A stretch of 64,000 bases of DNA, from the IMG/VR virus record IMGVR_UViG_3300036828_000389, positions 1-64,000 of that record, one strand, 5' to 3'. The DNA is from a virus. This document shows positions 9,044 to 17,619 of this stretch, one piece after another. Position 1 is the stretch's first letter; every line of letters starts with the position of its first letter. The position numbers were made by a program, and so were the translations under genes. The notes under the pieces are model-generated. The model had not been told where the DNA came from, did no database searches, and worked only from the letters and a program-made list of their open reading frames with translations.

Positions 9044-10516
9044 ATGACTTACACCGTGAACTTCGACAGCTGGCTTCCCGACAAGGTGAGCCTGTACGAC
9101 TACCAGACCGCAGGCGTGGCCTACGCCCTGTACGCCACCGCTGGTGGCAAGGGCGCCTGGATCGCGGATGAGCAGGGGCTGGGCAAGACCATGCAGGCCA
9201 TCGTGGCCGCCAAGGTGCGGGGCTGCAAGAAGATCGGCATCTTCGTCAAGGCCAGCCTGAAGGCTGTGTGGGTCCGTGAGCTTGAGCGCTGTGCCCCTGA
9301 GTGGAACGTCCAGGTGCTGACCGGCAAGCGGCCCTACGAGGCCACCGCTGAGGTCTGCATCATCCAGTTTGACCTGCTGCATACCTGGGCCGACGCCCTC
9401 GTTGCGGAGCAGTTCGATTGCCTCATCATCGATGAGAGCCACTACGTCAAGGACACCAAGGCGCAGCGGACGCGGGCCGCTCTCAAGGTGGCCGCGGATG
9501 TCCGCAGCCGCCGGGGCATGCTCCTGCTGCTCACCGGCACCCCGCTGCTCAATCGTCCAGTGGAACTGGTGCCCCAGCTGATGATGATGGGCCGCCTCCA
9601 GGACGTGTCCCCCCCGCCCCGCTACGGCACCTCCGAGCGCGACTGGGAGTACGCCTTCAAGAACACCTACTGCTTCAGTGAGCAGAACAGCTACGGGACC
9701 AAGTACAACGGGGCCCGCTGGACCGACCTGCTGAACACCCGCATGCGGAACAGCTGCTTCGTCCGCCGTCTGCGCCGCGACGTGCTGGACATGGCTGACG
9801 CTCACCGCGTCGCCACCCCGCTGAGCCTCAACGGCGCCCTGGACCGCTACTGGGATCTGGAGAAGCACTTCGTGTCCAAGAAGCCGGAGAGCTACTGGCT
9901 GGAGCTTCTGGGCGCCCTCCGCAAGGAGGTGGGCCGGGCCAAGGTGGCCGGTGCGGTCGACTGGGTCAAGGACTTCCTGGAGGAGACCGAAGAGGATGGC
10001 AAGAAGGTGGTGGTCTGGACGTGGCATGTCGCCGTAGGTGACAGCATCGCCAAGGCTTTCCCGGGCTGCGCCAACATGCGGGAGTTCCGCTCCGGCAGCC
10101 CTGAGTTCATGGCTGAGATGGACCGGTTCAACACCGACCCTGAGTGCCGGGTGATCGTCTGCTCGCTCAATGCTCACCGCGAGGGCCTGACCCTCGTCGG
10201 CAACGGTCACAACGTCACCGACACGCTGTTCTGTGAGCAGCCCTGGCACCCTGGTGCTGTGTCCCAGGCAGAGGATCGGATCAGCCGCATCGGCCAGCTG
10301 GCCCAGGAGCGCTTCACCACCACGCTGCAAGTCCCCGGCACCGTGGATGAGTGGCTGGCCAACCTCATCGCTGAGAAGTGGGAGACCTTCAAGGGCGCCA
10401 TCGATGGCACCGTGGTCGAGGCCCAGTCCGACAACATGCAGGCCATCGTGGCTGCCCAGCTGAGGGACTCTGTGCTGGCCAAGGTGGGCCCCAACCCCGA
10501 GATCGGCCGAGTGTGA
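9044..10516 (+). CDS. SNF2-family (SMARCAL1/HARP-type) helicase/ATPase
   Basis: Q motif LYDYQ, ADEQGLGKT, IIDESH, LTGTPLLNRP, QAEDRISRIGQ. Confidence 0.92.
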   Translation: MTYTVNFDSWLPDKVSLYDYQTAGVAYALYATAGGKGAWIADEQGLGKTMQAIVAAKVRGCKKIGIFVKASLKAVWVRELERCAPEWNVQVLTGKRPYEATAEVCIIQFDLLHTWADALVAEQFDCLIIDESHYVKDTKAQRTRAALKVAADVRSRRGMLLLLTGTPLLNRPVELVPQLMMMGRLQDVSPPPRYGTSERDWEYAFKNTYCFSEQNSYGTKYNGARWTDLLNTRMRNSCFVRRLRRDVLDMADAHRVATPLSLNGALDRYWDLEKHFVSKKPESYWLELLGALRKEVGRAKVAGAVDWVKDFLEETEEDGKKVVVWTWHVAVGDSIAKAFPGCANMREFRSGSPEFMAEMDRFNTDPECRVIVCSLNAHREGLTLVGNGHNVTDTLFCEQPWHPGAVSQAEDRISRIGQLAQERFTTTLQVPGTVDEWLANLIAEKWETFKGAIDGTVVEAQSDNMQAIVAAQLRDSVLAKVGPNPEIGRV

Positions 10517-10776
10517 GCCCCATACCCCCAGCAGCCCCCCAGGAGCCCCTCAGGGGGCTTCTGGCGCGTCTGGAGCCCATCCTGGTCAGCTTCTCTGTCC
10601 TGCTCACGCCACGCCGGGGCTCGCCGGGCCCAGGGCTGGTGGACCGTGACCATGTGGAGGTGCGCCCCACCTACGCCTCCCAGATTCCCAGGATCATGCG
10701 CCTGCTGGAGCAGGAGGGCTGGCAGACCTACGACCAGGGCTGGTGCGTGACCACCTGGCCCCAGACACAGTTCTGA
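10513..10776 (+). CDS. possible small hypothetical protein
   Basis: GTGA overlap; ends just before the next promoter, but contains a hairpin. Confidence 0.4.
   Translation: MSPIPPAAPQEPLRGLLARLEPILVSFSVLLTPRRGSPGPGLVDRDHVEVRPTYASQIPRIMRLLEQEGWQTYDQGWCVTTWPQTQF
10539..10564 (+). terminator. GC hairpin, putative terminator
   Basis: CCAGGAGCCCC-TCAG-GGGGCTTCTGG after the SNF2 gene; no U-tract. Confidence 0.55.
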
Positions 10777-10825
10777 TCCAGATATGACTTGTGCAACCAT
10801 CCCATGGGGGTATAGCATGCCTGAC
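10777..10825 (+). promoter_or_regulatory. conserved promoter, divergent copy
   Basis: TCCAGATATGAC-TTGTGC-N18-TAGCAT-N7-ATG (alternative -10 TATAGC). Confidence 0.75.
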
Positions 10826-11788
10826 ATGACATCGATTCCCGAGACCTTCACGGTCAAGCTGACACCCAACCAGGCGTACCTCCTGGACGACATGCGCGTG
10901 GCTGGCTCCGACAGCTACCACGAAGCCCTGGACGCCGGGGCCCGGGTCGAGGGGCTCAAGCTGATCATCCCGGTCGCGGCCGTCGAGCCCCTGGGCACTG
11001 CCATTGGCATCCGGGCCGACATTGCCGACGAGGGCAACTACGACATCGGGGAGCGGTCCAGCTGGCTGGGCCTGGCCAAGAAGGTAGCCAAGGCCACCGG
11101 CAATCGCCGGGCTCTGCCCCTCCAGCCTGCTGATGTCATGCCCGCCTCCCAGCCTGCTGAGTGGGACGACAACGAGCAGCCGCCCCCTGGCTACGGCCCC
11201 TCAGTCGTCCTGCATCGCCTGGCCGATGAGCCTGAGGCCCAGGACGAGCGTGAGTTCGAGATCACCCACGGCATGTGGACCGCCAGCCAGATGCAGGCTG
11301 AGCCGGAAGTCGTCGCTCAGGCCCAGGCCCATCGCATGATGGATCGCCTGGATGTCGAGGAGGACGACGCCATCCGCGGTGACCTGATCACCGACCTCCA
11401 GGACATGGCCGACGCCCACCCTGAACTCAAGGACGAGATCCGGGCCTACGGCATCCCGGTCGAGTCCGCTCCTGAGCCCACTCAGCCCAGGCCAGCCCAC
11501 TTCCGGGCCCCGGCCAAGGCATTCGACGCCCAGGGTCGCCACACGGGCCCAGGGGAGTGGCTGAACCTCATCCACGCTGTGAACCGGGCCGCCAAGGAGG
11601 CCAACCTGCCCATGCTGTTCGGCACCCCTGACTCCACGGGTGACTGGTGGGCCGGTGGCTACGTCGAGGAGTACTTCGACGCCCGTGTCCTGCACCGCAC
11701 CGATGAGACCGTGTCCATCATCAGCAAGACCGACCGCGGCGCCCACTTCATGCGGCTCGTCGCCCAGGCCAATGGCTGGGAGGTCTGA
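10826..11788 (+). CDS. hypothetical protein (acidic, multi-domain)
   Basis: Long ORF with phage codon usage, between promoter and hairpin. Confidence 0.85.
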   Translation: MTSIPETFTVKLTPNQAYLLDDMRVAGSDSYHEALDAGARVEGLKLIIPVAAVEPLGTAIGIRADIADEGNYDIGERSSWLGLAKKVAKATGNRRALPLQPADVMPASQPAEWDDNEQPPPGYGPSVVLHRLADEPEAQDEREFEITHGMWTASQMQAEPEVVAQAQAHRMMDRLDVEEDDAIRGDLITDLQDMADAHPELKDEIRAYGIPVESAPEPTQPRPAHFRAPAKAFDAQGRHTGPGEWLNLIHAVNRAAKEANLPMLFGTPDSTGDWWAGGYVEEYFDARVLHRTDETVSIISKTDRGAHFMRLVAQANGWEV

Positions 11789-11824
11789 TGACCACATGAC
11801 CCCACCAGCACCCCACAGCTGACC

Positions 11825-11850
11825 ACAGGAGCCCCTCCGGGGGCTCCTGT
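11825..11850 (+). terminator. GC hairpin, putative terminator
   Basis: ACAGGAGCCCC-TCCG-GGGGCTCCTGT, perfect 11-bp stem. Confidence 0.7.
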
Positions 11851-11894
11851 TGCATGTCCGGGCCCGGGTCACACTGGGAGGCACACAGGTCTCG

Positions 11895-11941
11895 TCCAGA
11901 GATGGCTTGCATAGCAGTCAGCCTGGGGGTACGGTGGGGGT
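11895..11941 (+). promoter_or_regulatory. conserved promoter copy 7
   Basis: TCCAGAGATGGC-TTGCAT-N17-TACGGT-GGGGGT-ATG. Confidence 0.8.
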
Positions 11942-12892
11942 ATGACATCGATACCGGCTCCCAACGCCGACGCCATGGCCGCCCTGCCCAATGCTGACTG
12001 GATCGTGGTCAACACCAGTGCTGGCAAGGACTCGTCCGTGACCCTGGACTACACCCTGGAACTGGCCGACAGCCTGGGCATCGACCACAGCCACATCGTG
12101 GCCGTCCACTGTGACCTGGGCCGGGTGGAGTGGGAGGGCACGCCGGAGTTGGCCGAGCGCCAGGTGGACCGCTACGCCGACATCCGCTTCTTCAAGGTGG
12201 CTCGCGACGGCACGGTCCGCAAGGATGGCAAGGTGCTGGGTGACCTGGTCGACCAGGTCTGGGAGCGCCATGAGGCCAACCAGGAGAAGGCCAAGACCGA
12301 CCCCCGCTACGCCAACCGCTCGCCCTGGCCCACGACCGCCAACCGCTGGTGTACCAGTGACCAGAAGGAGAGCCAGGTCACCAAGCTGATCACCCAGCTG
12401 GTGGACGACATCCTGGTGGGTGGCACCCGGAAGGACCGCAAGGACGCCTGGGTCCGCGAGGCCGACGGCACCTACACCCAACGCCCCATCCGCATCATCA
12501 ACGTGATGGGCATGCGGGCTGAGGAGTCCGAGAAGAGGAGCCAGATGCCCGAGTGGAGCCTGGACGAGTCCGCCAGCAACGGCAAGCGCACCATCTGGAA
12601 CTGGCTGGCCATCAAGGACTGGTCTGAGGAGCAGGTCTGGGACCGCATCCATGCCCAGGGCATTGAGTACCACTGGGCCTACGACAAGGGCATGGAGCGG
12701 CTCAGCTGCTGCTTCTGCGTCCTGGCCAGCCCCAAGAACTGGGCCATCGCCCTCCCTCACAACCGCCAGCTGGCTGAGTCCTACGCCGAGATGGAGCGCC
12801 GCACCGGCCATGCCATGGTGGAGCGGGCCAACGGCACCAAGGTCAGCATCCAGGACATCATCGACGCCGCTGATCGAGCAGCTGCCGCCTGA
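11942..12892 (+). CDS. PAPS-reductase-family PP-loop protein (DndC/SspD-like superfamily)
   Basis: PP-loop SAGKDS, RWCTxxxK, GMRAEESxxR, IKDWSEEQVW, RLSCCFC. Confidence 0.88.
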   Translation: MTSIPAPNADAMAALPNADWIVVNTSAGKDSSVTLDYTLELADSLGIDHSHIVAVHCDLGRVEWEGTPELAERQVDRYADIRFFKVARDGTVRKDGKVLGDLVDQVWERHEANQEKAKTDPRYANRSPWPTTANRWCTSDQKESQVTKLITQLVDDILVGGTRKDRKDAWVREADGTYTQRPIRIINVMGMRAEESEKRSQMPEWSLDESASNGKRTIWNWLAIKDWSEEQVWDRIHAQGIEYHWAYDKGMERLSCCFCVLASPKNWAIALPHNRQLAESYAEMERRTGHAMVERANGTKVSIQDIIDAADRAAAA

Positions 12893-12914
12893 GCCCTCCA
12901 GCCAGCTGTACCCC

Positions 12915-12941
12915 CGGAGCCCCCCACCACGGGGGGCTCTG
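12915..12941 (+). terminator. GC hairpin, putative terminator
   Basis: CGGAGCCCCCC-ACCAC-GGGGGGCTCTG. Confidence 0.65.
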
Positions 12942-13399
12942 TCGCGTCCAGGGCTCACCGGTCCACCAGCCAGCCCAGGAGAGGCCAGCCGCCCCGCCAG
13001 TCGCCATGAGCCCGGCAGAACCAGCCTGGCTCCGTGAAGCAGTGCCAGACCGCCACCAGCTGGCCACAGTCCCGACACCGGAGCATGCCCCCAAGCTACC
13101 CCCAGAGAGCCCGAATCGCTCCCAAGGCTCCAGGAGGCCATAGCCGGGCCGGAATGGGTGCATGTACCCCTATGGGGGTATAGACGCTCCTGGAGCCCTA
13201 CAGGCCCCTCTCCTGGCCGCCAGCACCCAACCTGGCCTGGAATCCGGCCCCCAGAGCCCTCCCACACGTCTGAGGGGGTATGGAATGCGCCCATAATCAA
13301 GTGGTCATTTCGCAAAACAGCCTCCAGAGAGCCCAAAAACGGCCTCGCGACCCTCCCCAGGACCGGACAATCGGGCCCGATCCGACGTACAGCCAGGGC

Positions 13400-13597
13400 A
13401 TGTACACCGAAGCCAAGACCCTCATCCCGCACGGCATCGACGCCCAGGAGCTACGCCTCCTCCTCAGACGCGTCCAGCAGCAGGGCATGCCCTACACCAA
13501 CCGGGCCACACGTCGCAGAGCCAGCCAGGCCGCCCGCCAGGCCCGAGCCAAGAAAGCGGCCCAGCACCCCCATGTAGAGAGCTACCCAGTCAGCTGA
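13400..13597 (+). CDS. small basic protein
   Basis: MYTEAKTL...NRATRRRA; TACAGC-N6-ATG suggests a leaderless start. Confidence 0.55.
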   Translation: MYTEAKTLIPHGIDAQELRLLLRRVQQQGMPYTNRATRRRASQAARQARAKKAAQHPHVESYPVS

Positions 13598-14005
13598 CCA
13601 GGCCATGCATGCACGCACCCATGCACCCATGCCAGCACCAGGTAGCAACTACCCCAGCACTCCACTCCCTCTCTAGCCTGGCAGCCCCCACGCAGAGTGA
13701 CCACCACTGTGGGTGTACACAGGGTGTATGCATATGCAGGGGTATGCAGGGGGGATACTCCAAACCATAAACTACACCCATGGGGGCATAAACACAGCCA
13801 CCAGGGAGAAACCCTTACGTAGCAAGGGAAACAGGGCTCAGGGAGGGGGATTAGCAAACGAGTTTATGAGTTTATGGGGGTACGCCATACACCTATTCAC
13901 GCCAGTGCATACCCATGGGGGTACAACCACCCAGAGTACCCCCACCCTTAACCACGCAGAGTGGCCAGGGGGGTCCAGGACACAGGCTCTCGTAGGAGGA
14001 AGAAG

Positions 14006-14044
14006 GGGTCGTAGTACCTGGGAGAGAGGGTCGTAGTACCTGGG
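14006..14044 (+). repeat. 17-bp direct repeat x2, 22-bp period
   Basis: GGGTCGTAGTACCTGGG at 14006-14022 and 14028-14044. Confidence 0.85.
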
Positions 14045-14139
14045 GGCGATGGGGTTCTTCTACATAAGTGCTGGTCAGAGCAGGTAAACAGCGCTACAGG
14101 CGTGCTGTGAAGGCTGCCAAGCGGGGGTATGCTCGGGGT

Positions 14140-14403
14140 ATGAAACCACTGGATGAAGAGGCTGCTGACTACCTGGGTACGCACCCGGAGGCTCGCCACG
14201 CCATGCTCAAGCACAACCACCGGCTGCTCTACCGCATCAACCCGGACGGCAGCGTGACCCGGGGCCGGGAGCTTCTGGCTGAGGTGGTGAAGGGTGCAGT
14301 GCCGGAGGGCGGGGTGTACCAGTTCGATACCGACGAGGAGCATCGGCGGCTCTCGGAGCATCTGGACGTGGCCTTCAAGCGTCAGGAGGGGCGCAGCAAC
14401 TAG
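14140..14403 (+). CDS. hypothetical protein (leaderless)
   Basis: TATGCT-N6-ATG at 14128-14142. Confidence 0.7.
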   Translation: MKPLDEEAADYLGTHPEARHAMLKHNHRLLYRINPDGSVTRGRELLAEVVKGAVPEGGVYQFDTDEEHRRLSEHLDVAFKRQEGRSN

Positions 14404-14444
14404 GTGTACGGTGTACGGCGTACCTGCGAGAAAGAGGTGACGCT

Positions 14445-14801
14445 ATGGAGGCGAATCAGCTGCCAGGGGAACTGGCGCCCCTGGTGAAGGCGTGGGACGA
14501 CGACTGCTGGGCCCAGCAGGCCCGGGTGAACCGGGAGAAGGGCTACCCGGCTCCCTGGTGGTGCAACGCCATGCGAGCCCGGGGGGCGCTCCAGGCCGCT
14601 CTCAACCTCCTGCGGGAGGGGGAGAGGGCCGGGCAGCCCCAGCAGGGCTATCTGCACATGCTGGAGATCGGGGAGGTGAAGGCCAGCGTGGAGTACGGGG
14701 TATGCCGGGAGGAGTGGGCGCCGATCTGGGCCTACTTCCCCGCTGAGGTGCGTTGGGCCCGGAAGGTGTTGCGCTTGAGCGGCATCGACCCGCCGTCATG
14801 A
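14445..14801 (+). CDS. hypothetical protein
   Basis: GAGGTGA SD; ends at a hairpin. Confidence 0.7.
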   Translation: MEANQLPGELAPLVKAWDDDCWAQQARVNREKGYPAPWWCNAMRARGALQAALNLLREGERAGQPQQGYLHMLEIGEVKASVEYGVCREEWAPIWAYFPAEVRWARKVLRLSGIDPPS

Positions 14802-14805
14802 AAGT

Positions 14806-14837
14806 CGAGAGCCCCCCTGGCGGGAGGGGGGCTCTCG
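14806..14837 (+). terminator. GC hairpin, putative terminator
   Basis: CGAGAGCCCCCCT-GGCGGG-AGGGGGGCTCTCG, perfect 13-bp stem. Confidence 0.7.
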
Positions 14838-14926
14838 TAGCGCCCGGGAACTGGTCCCAGCGCAGGTCGCGGGGCGGTTCCGCGACGCCGCATAGCATAC
14901 ACCCACGGGGGTGTAGGATCCCGGTC

Positions 14927-15121
14927 ATGGCGAGGTATCGGGTCCAACAGAACCGCTCGGGCTGGCTGGTGCTGGACGGCAACACCCCGGTCAACTTCTT
15001 CTCAGCTGTAGATCCGGATCAGGGTCACGCCTCTGCCACCAGGTGGAACGTGGCCTACCAGCGGGCCCAGGACGAGGTCGACTGGCTGAATGCCCAGGAG
15101 GCGCCAGCCCGTGATCGGTGA
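14927..15121 (+). CDS. small hypothetical protein (leaderless)
   Basis: TAGGAT-N7-ATG. Confidence 0.7.
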   Translation: MARYRVQQNRSGWLVLDGNTPVNFFSAVDPDQGHASATRWNVAYQRAQDEVDWLNAQEAPARDR

Positions 15122-16079
15122 GAGCCTGCGGCCCCGGGATGTAGCGTATCTCCGCGGTCAACTACGGGACTGGTGGGCCATCCCGGGCGAGTTACAGTAC
15201 AAGCTGGCCATGCACGGGCGCCGGGACATGCCCGGCTGGAAGATGTCCGGCGACGAGACCGAACAGACCCGCCAGCACTACGCCTACGCCCTGGCCAAGG
15301 CCGATCTGTACTGGATATCGCCCGACATGAGTGACATGGTGGCCACTCTGGCTCCTTCTATACCGGATTGCATGCCCTACCCGCCCTGCCCCTGCGGCTT
15401 CGCCCTGTTCGCTCGCTCCATCCCCGGCATCGACGCCGTGGACGGCAACCAGATCTACACCACCGGCTTCCTGTGGGCCCAGATCAACCTGGCCAACCTG
15501 GGTGACTGCCTGGCCGTCACCACCTACAGCTGGCGGGGCCTGGTGAAAGCCTTCGACCAGCTGAAGAAGGAGAACCGGCGCCGGGAGGCGGAACTGGATC
15601 GCAAGCTGTCGGAGGTCATGCCCACCCAGCTGTTCCCGACCGGGGGCTGGGAGTGGCCGGAGGGGCACATGATGGAGGACTTCTCCAGCCTGCCCCCCAG
15701 TAGCGCCATCATGGAGGCGTCGATCCTGGAGGATCGCCGGATCCTGTCAACCTTCTGGACCCTCTGCTCGCAGAAAATCACCGTCGAAACAAGAGCCCAG
15801 CCCTCCAGGAATGAAATACGGGCAGCCACCCGGAAACGGCTCCCCGTACCAGTCGATGAGGTCCGCGTCATCAACCTGCGAGAGGTCGAGACGCGGCATC
15901 CAGGTCAGAATGGGCGGGATATCGATTGGCAGTATCGCTGGATCGTGTCGTCGCATTGGCGGAACCAGTATTACCCTTCCCGGGGCGAGCATATGCCCAA
16001 ACTGATCGACGCTTACCAGAAGGGGCCGCCGGATCGCCCCCTCAAGGTCCGCGACACCGTGAAAGCGCTGGTGCGCTGA
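15111..16079 (+). CDS. conserved phage hypothetical protein
   Basis: C-terminal VxxHWRNQYY...KxIDAYQKGP motif; GGAGG SD before GTG 15111. Confidence 0.85.
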   Translation: MIGESLRPRDVAYLRGQLRDWWAIPGELQYKLAMHGRRDMPGWKMSGDETEQTRQHYAYALAKADLYWISPDMSDMVATLAPSIPDCMPYPPCPCGFALFARSIPGIDAVDGNQIYTTGFLWAQINLANLGDCLAVTTYSWRGLVKAFDQLKKENRRREAELDRKLSEVMPTQLFPTGGWEWPEGHMMEDFSSLPPSSAIMEASILEDRRILSTFWTLCSQKITVETRAQPSRNEIRAATRKRLPVPVDEVRVINLREVETRHPGQNGRDIDWQYRWIVSSHWRNQYYPSRGEHMPKLIDAYQKGPPDRPLKVRDTVKALVR

Positions 16080-16109
16080 TCATGATCGATCCAAAAGAAA
16101 GGAAGCACC

Positions 16110-16793
16110 ATGACCACCACCCCTGAACCATCCGTTAACGACCTGAGTCCGATCTCCAAGGCGGGCCCAGCCAACCTGGAACCGGCCTTCCTGATCGACA
16201 CCAGCGGCTCCATGAGCTATCCCACCACCGCTGATGGCAAGGTGGAGCGCCGGGAACTGGTCGGAGAGGCCATCCCCTTGATCGTGGCCGGGCTGGAGGG
16301 CTTCGACGCCCAGGCGGCCAAGGAGACTGAGGCTGCGGGCGAGGAGGAGGGCGGCGTGATGACCGTCACCTTCGCGTCGGAGGCCGTGGTGGTGGGCGAC
16401 ATCAACTCCGGCAACGTCCGCGACCAGTGGAAGGCCATCCGCTGGGGCGGGGGCACCAACATCGTGCCCGGCTACCAGCTGGTCTTGTCCAACTATATGG
16501 AGGAGTTTGGCGACGAAGACCCGACCTCGCGGCCCGCTCTGCTGTGCATGGTCATCACCGACGGCGAGGCCGCCGACGAGGCCGAGTTTGAGCAGCTGCT
16601 GGAGAAGTCCAAGGGCGGCACCTACGTGGCCGTAGCGGTGGTGGGCTACGGTCCGGAGCATGATGCTGCCTTCAGTCAGTACCAGCGCATCGCCGGTAAC
16701 AACAACCACGTCCGGGCCCTGTCCTTCGCGGACGCCACCGACCCCAACAGCCTGGCTACCTCTCTGCTGGCCATGTTCGGCGGCACCCCCTGA
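16110..16793 (+). CDS. von Willebrand factor A (VWA) domain protein
   Basis: MIDAS DTSGSM, GGT, VITDGE; AAGGAAG SD. Confidence 0.9.
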   Translation: MTTTPEPSVNDLSPISKAGPANLEPAFLIDTSGSMSYPTTADGKVERRELVGEAIPLIVAGLEGFDAQAAKETEAAGEEEGGVMTVTFASEAVVVGDINSGNVRDQWKAIRWGGGTNIVPGYQLVLSNYMEEFGDEDPTSRPALLCMVITDGEAADEAEFEQLLEKSKGGTYVAVAVVGYGPEHDAAFSQYQRIAGNNNHVRALSFADATDPNSLATSLLAMFGGTP

Positions 16794-16796
16794 CGT

Positions 16797-17153
16797 ATGA
16801 GTGAGCCTCCCCATCGTTGGTGGTACTGCGTCAGCTGCTTTGCCATCAACGATGGCCTGGAGGAGGCCCGGTGCTGGAACTGCCAGACCGCTTTCCCTAG
16901 TCGCCACAAGCACAAGCCCTGGTGCGAGATGGGCCGCCAGCGCTGCGACGTGTGCCGTAAGTACTACGTGACCTGGACGCTTCCGGCCGGGACCACCTTG
17001 ACCATCCCTGACGTGTTGGGATTCTGCCCCTTCTATTTTGAGCATTACGGCGACGACGCCTATTTCCCACCCATGCTCCCAGCCATCTACGTCCTAGAGG
17101 CCAATGGTTACAGCTACAACGAGAAGCGAAAGAAGCTGGAGAAGATCAGGTGA
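16797..17153 (+). CDS. Cys-rich Zn-binding protein
   Basis: CVSC, CWNC, CDVC. Confidence 0.7.
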   Translation: MSEPPHRWWYCVSCFAINDGLEEARCWNCQTAFPSRHKHKPWCEMGRQRCDVCRKYYVTWTLPAGTTLTIPDVLGFCPFYFEHYGDDAYFPPMLPAIYVLEANGYSYNEKRKKLEKIR

Positions 17154-17353
17154 GCGACCTGCCGCTTGAAGGAGATAACGAGGTGGTGGTCACGGGCGCT
17201 TTGTTGATGCTCGTCGGCGCACGCTTCAAGACCGAACCTGTAACTACGGAGGAGAGACAGGCCACCAATGAGCTTTACGTTTGGCCTGAATTTATGAAGT
17301 CCCGTTACCGCATCACAGTCACACTTGATCCCGAAGGAAAGGAAGAGCAATGA
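17150..17353 (+). CDS. small hypothetical protein
   Basis: GTGA/ATGA overlaps. Confidence 0.65.
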   Translation: MSDLPLEGDNEVVVTGALLMLVGARFKTEPVTTEERQATNELYVWPEFMKSRYRITVTLDPEGKEEQ

Positions 17354-17619
17354 CAACACTGGTGCAAGAGGCCAACCGTATCGAGGACAGCGAGGTTGGC
17401 GTGCTGGTCATCCTGGACCGCAGCGGCGACACCCGGCACACCTGGGACCGGCGCAACGAGGACGAGGTGCAGGTCATCCGCGACCTGTTCGGCCGCATGA
17501 TCGACAAGGGCTACCAGGCGTGGTCGGTGACCCGTAAGGGCGACAAGGATCAGCGCATCACTGAGTTCGACCCCCAGGCTGAGAAGGTGATCTTCGCCCC
17601 AGCGCTGGTGGGTGGTTGA
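17350..17619 (+). CDS. 89-aa protein ending in C-terminal Gly-Gly (candidate ubiquitin-like modifier)
   Basis: ...FDPQAEKVIFAPALVGG-stop; coupled to the next gene by TGATG. Confidence 0.75.
   Translation: MTTLVQEANRIEDSEVGVLVILDRSGDTRHTWDRRNEDEVQVIRDLFGRMIDKGYQAWSVTRKGDKDQRITEFDPQAEKVIFAPALVGG

Noticed and set aside
8957-10330. Long antisense ORFs (e.g. 8957-10330, 11918-13432, 18936-20381, 47870-48865)
   Set aside because: Shadow frames of high-GC genes on the opposite strand, with no motifs or start signals.
4175-11941. Repeated ~45-bp elements as a CRISPR array or integron attC sites
   Set aside because: Spacing is gene-sized and irregular, copies are degenerate and read as -35/-10 promoters, and no integrase or cas operon is visible.
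16770-16793. VWA protein ending FGGTP as a ubiquitin-like precursor
   Set aside because: The GG is not terminal, follows a VWA helix, and is easily explained by chance.
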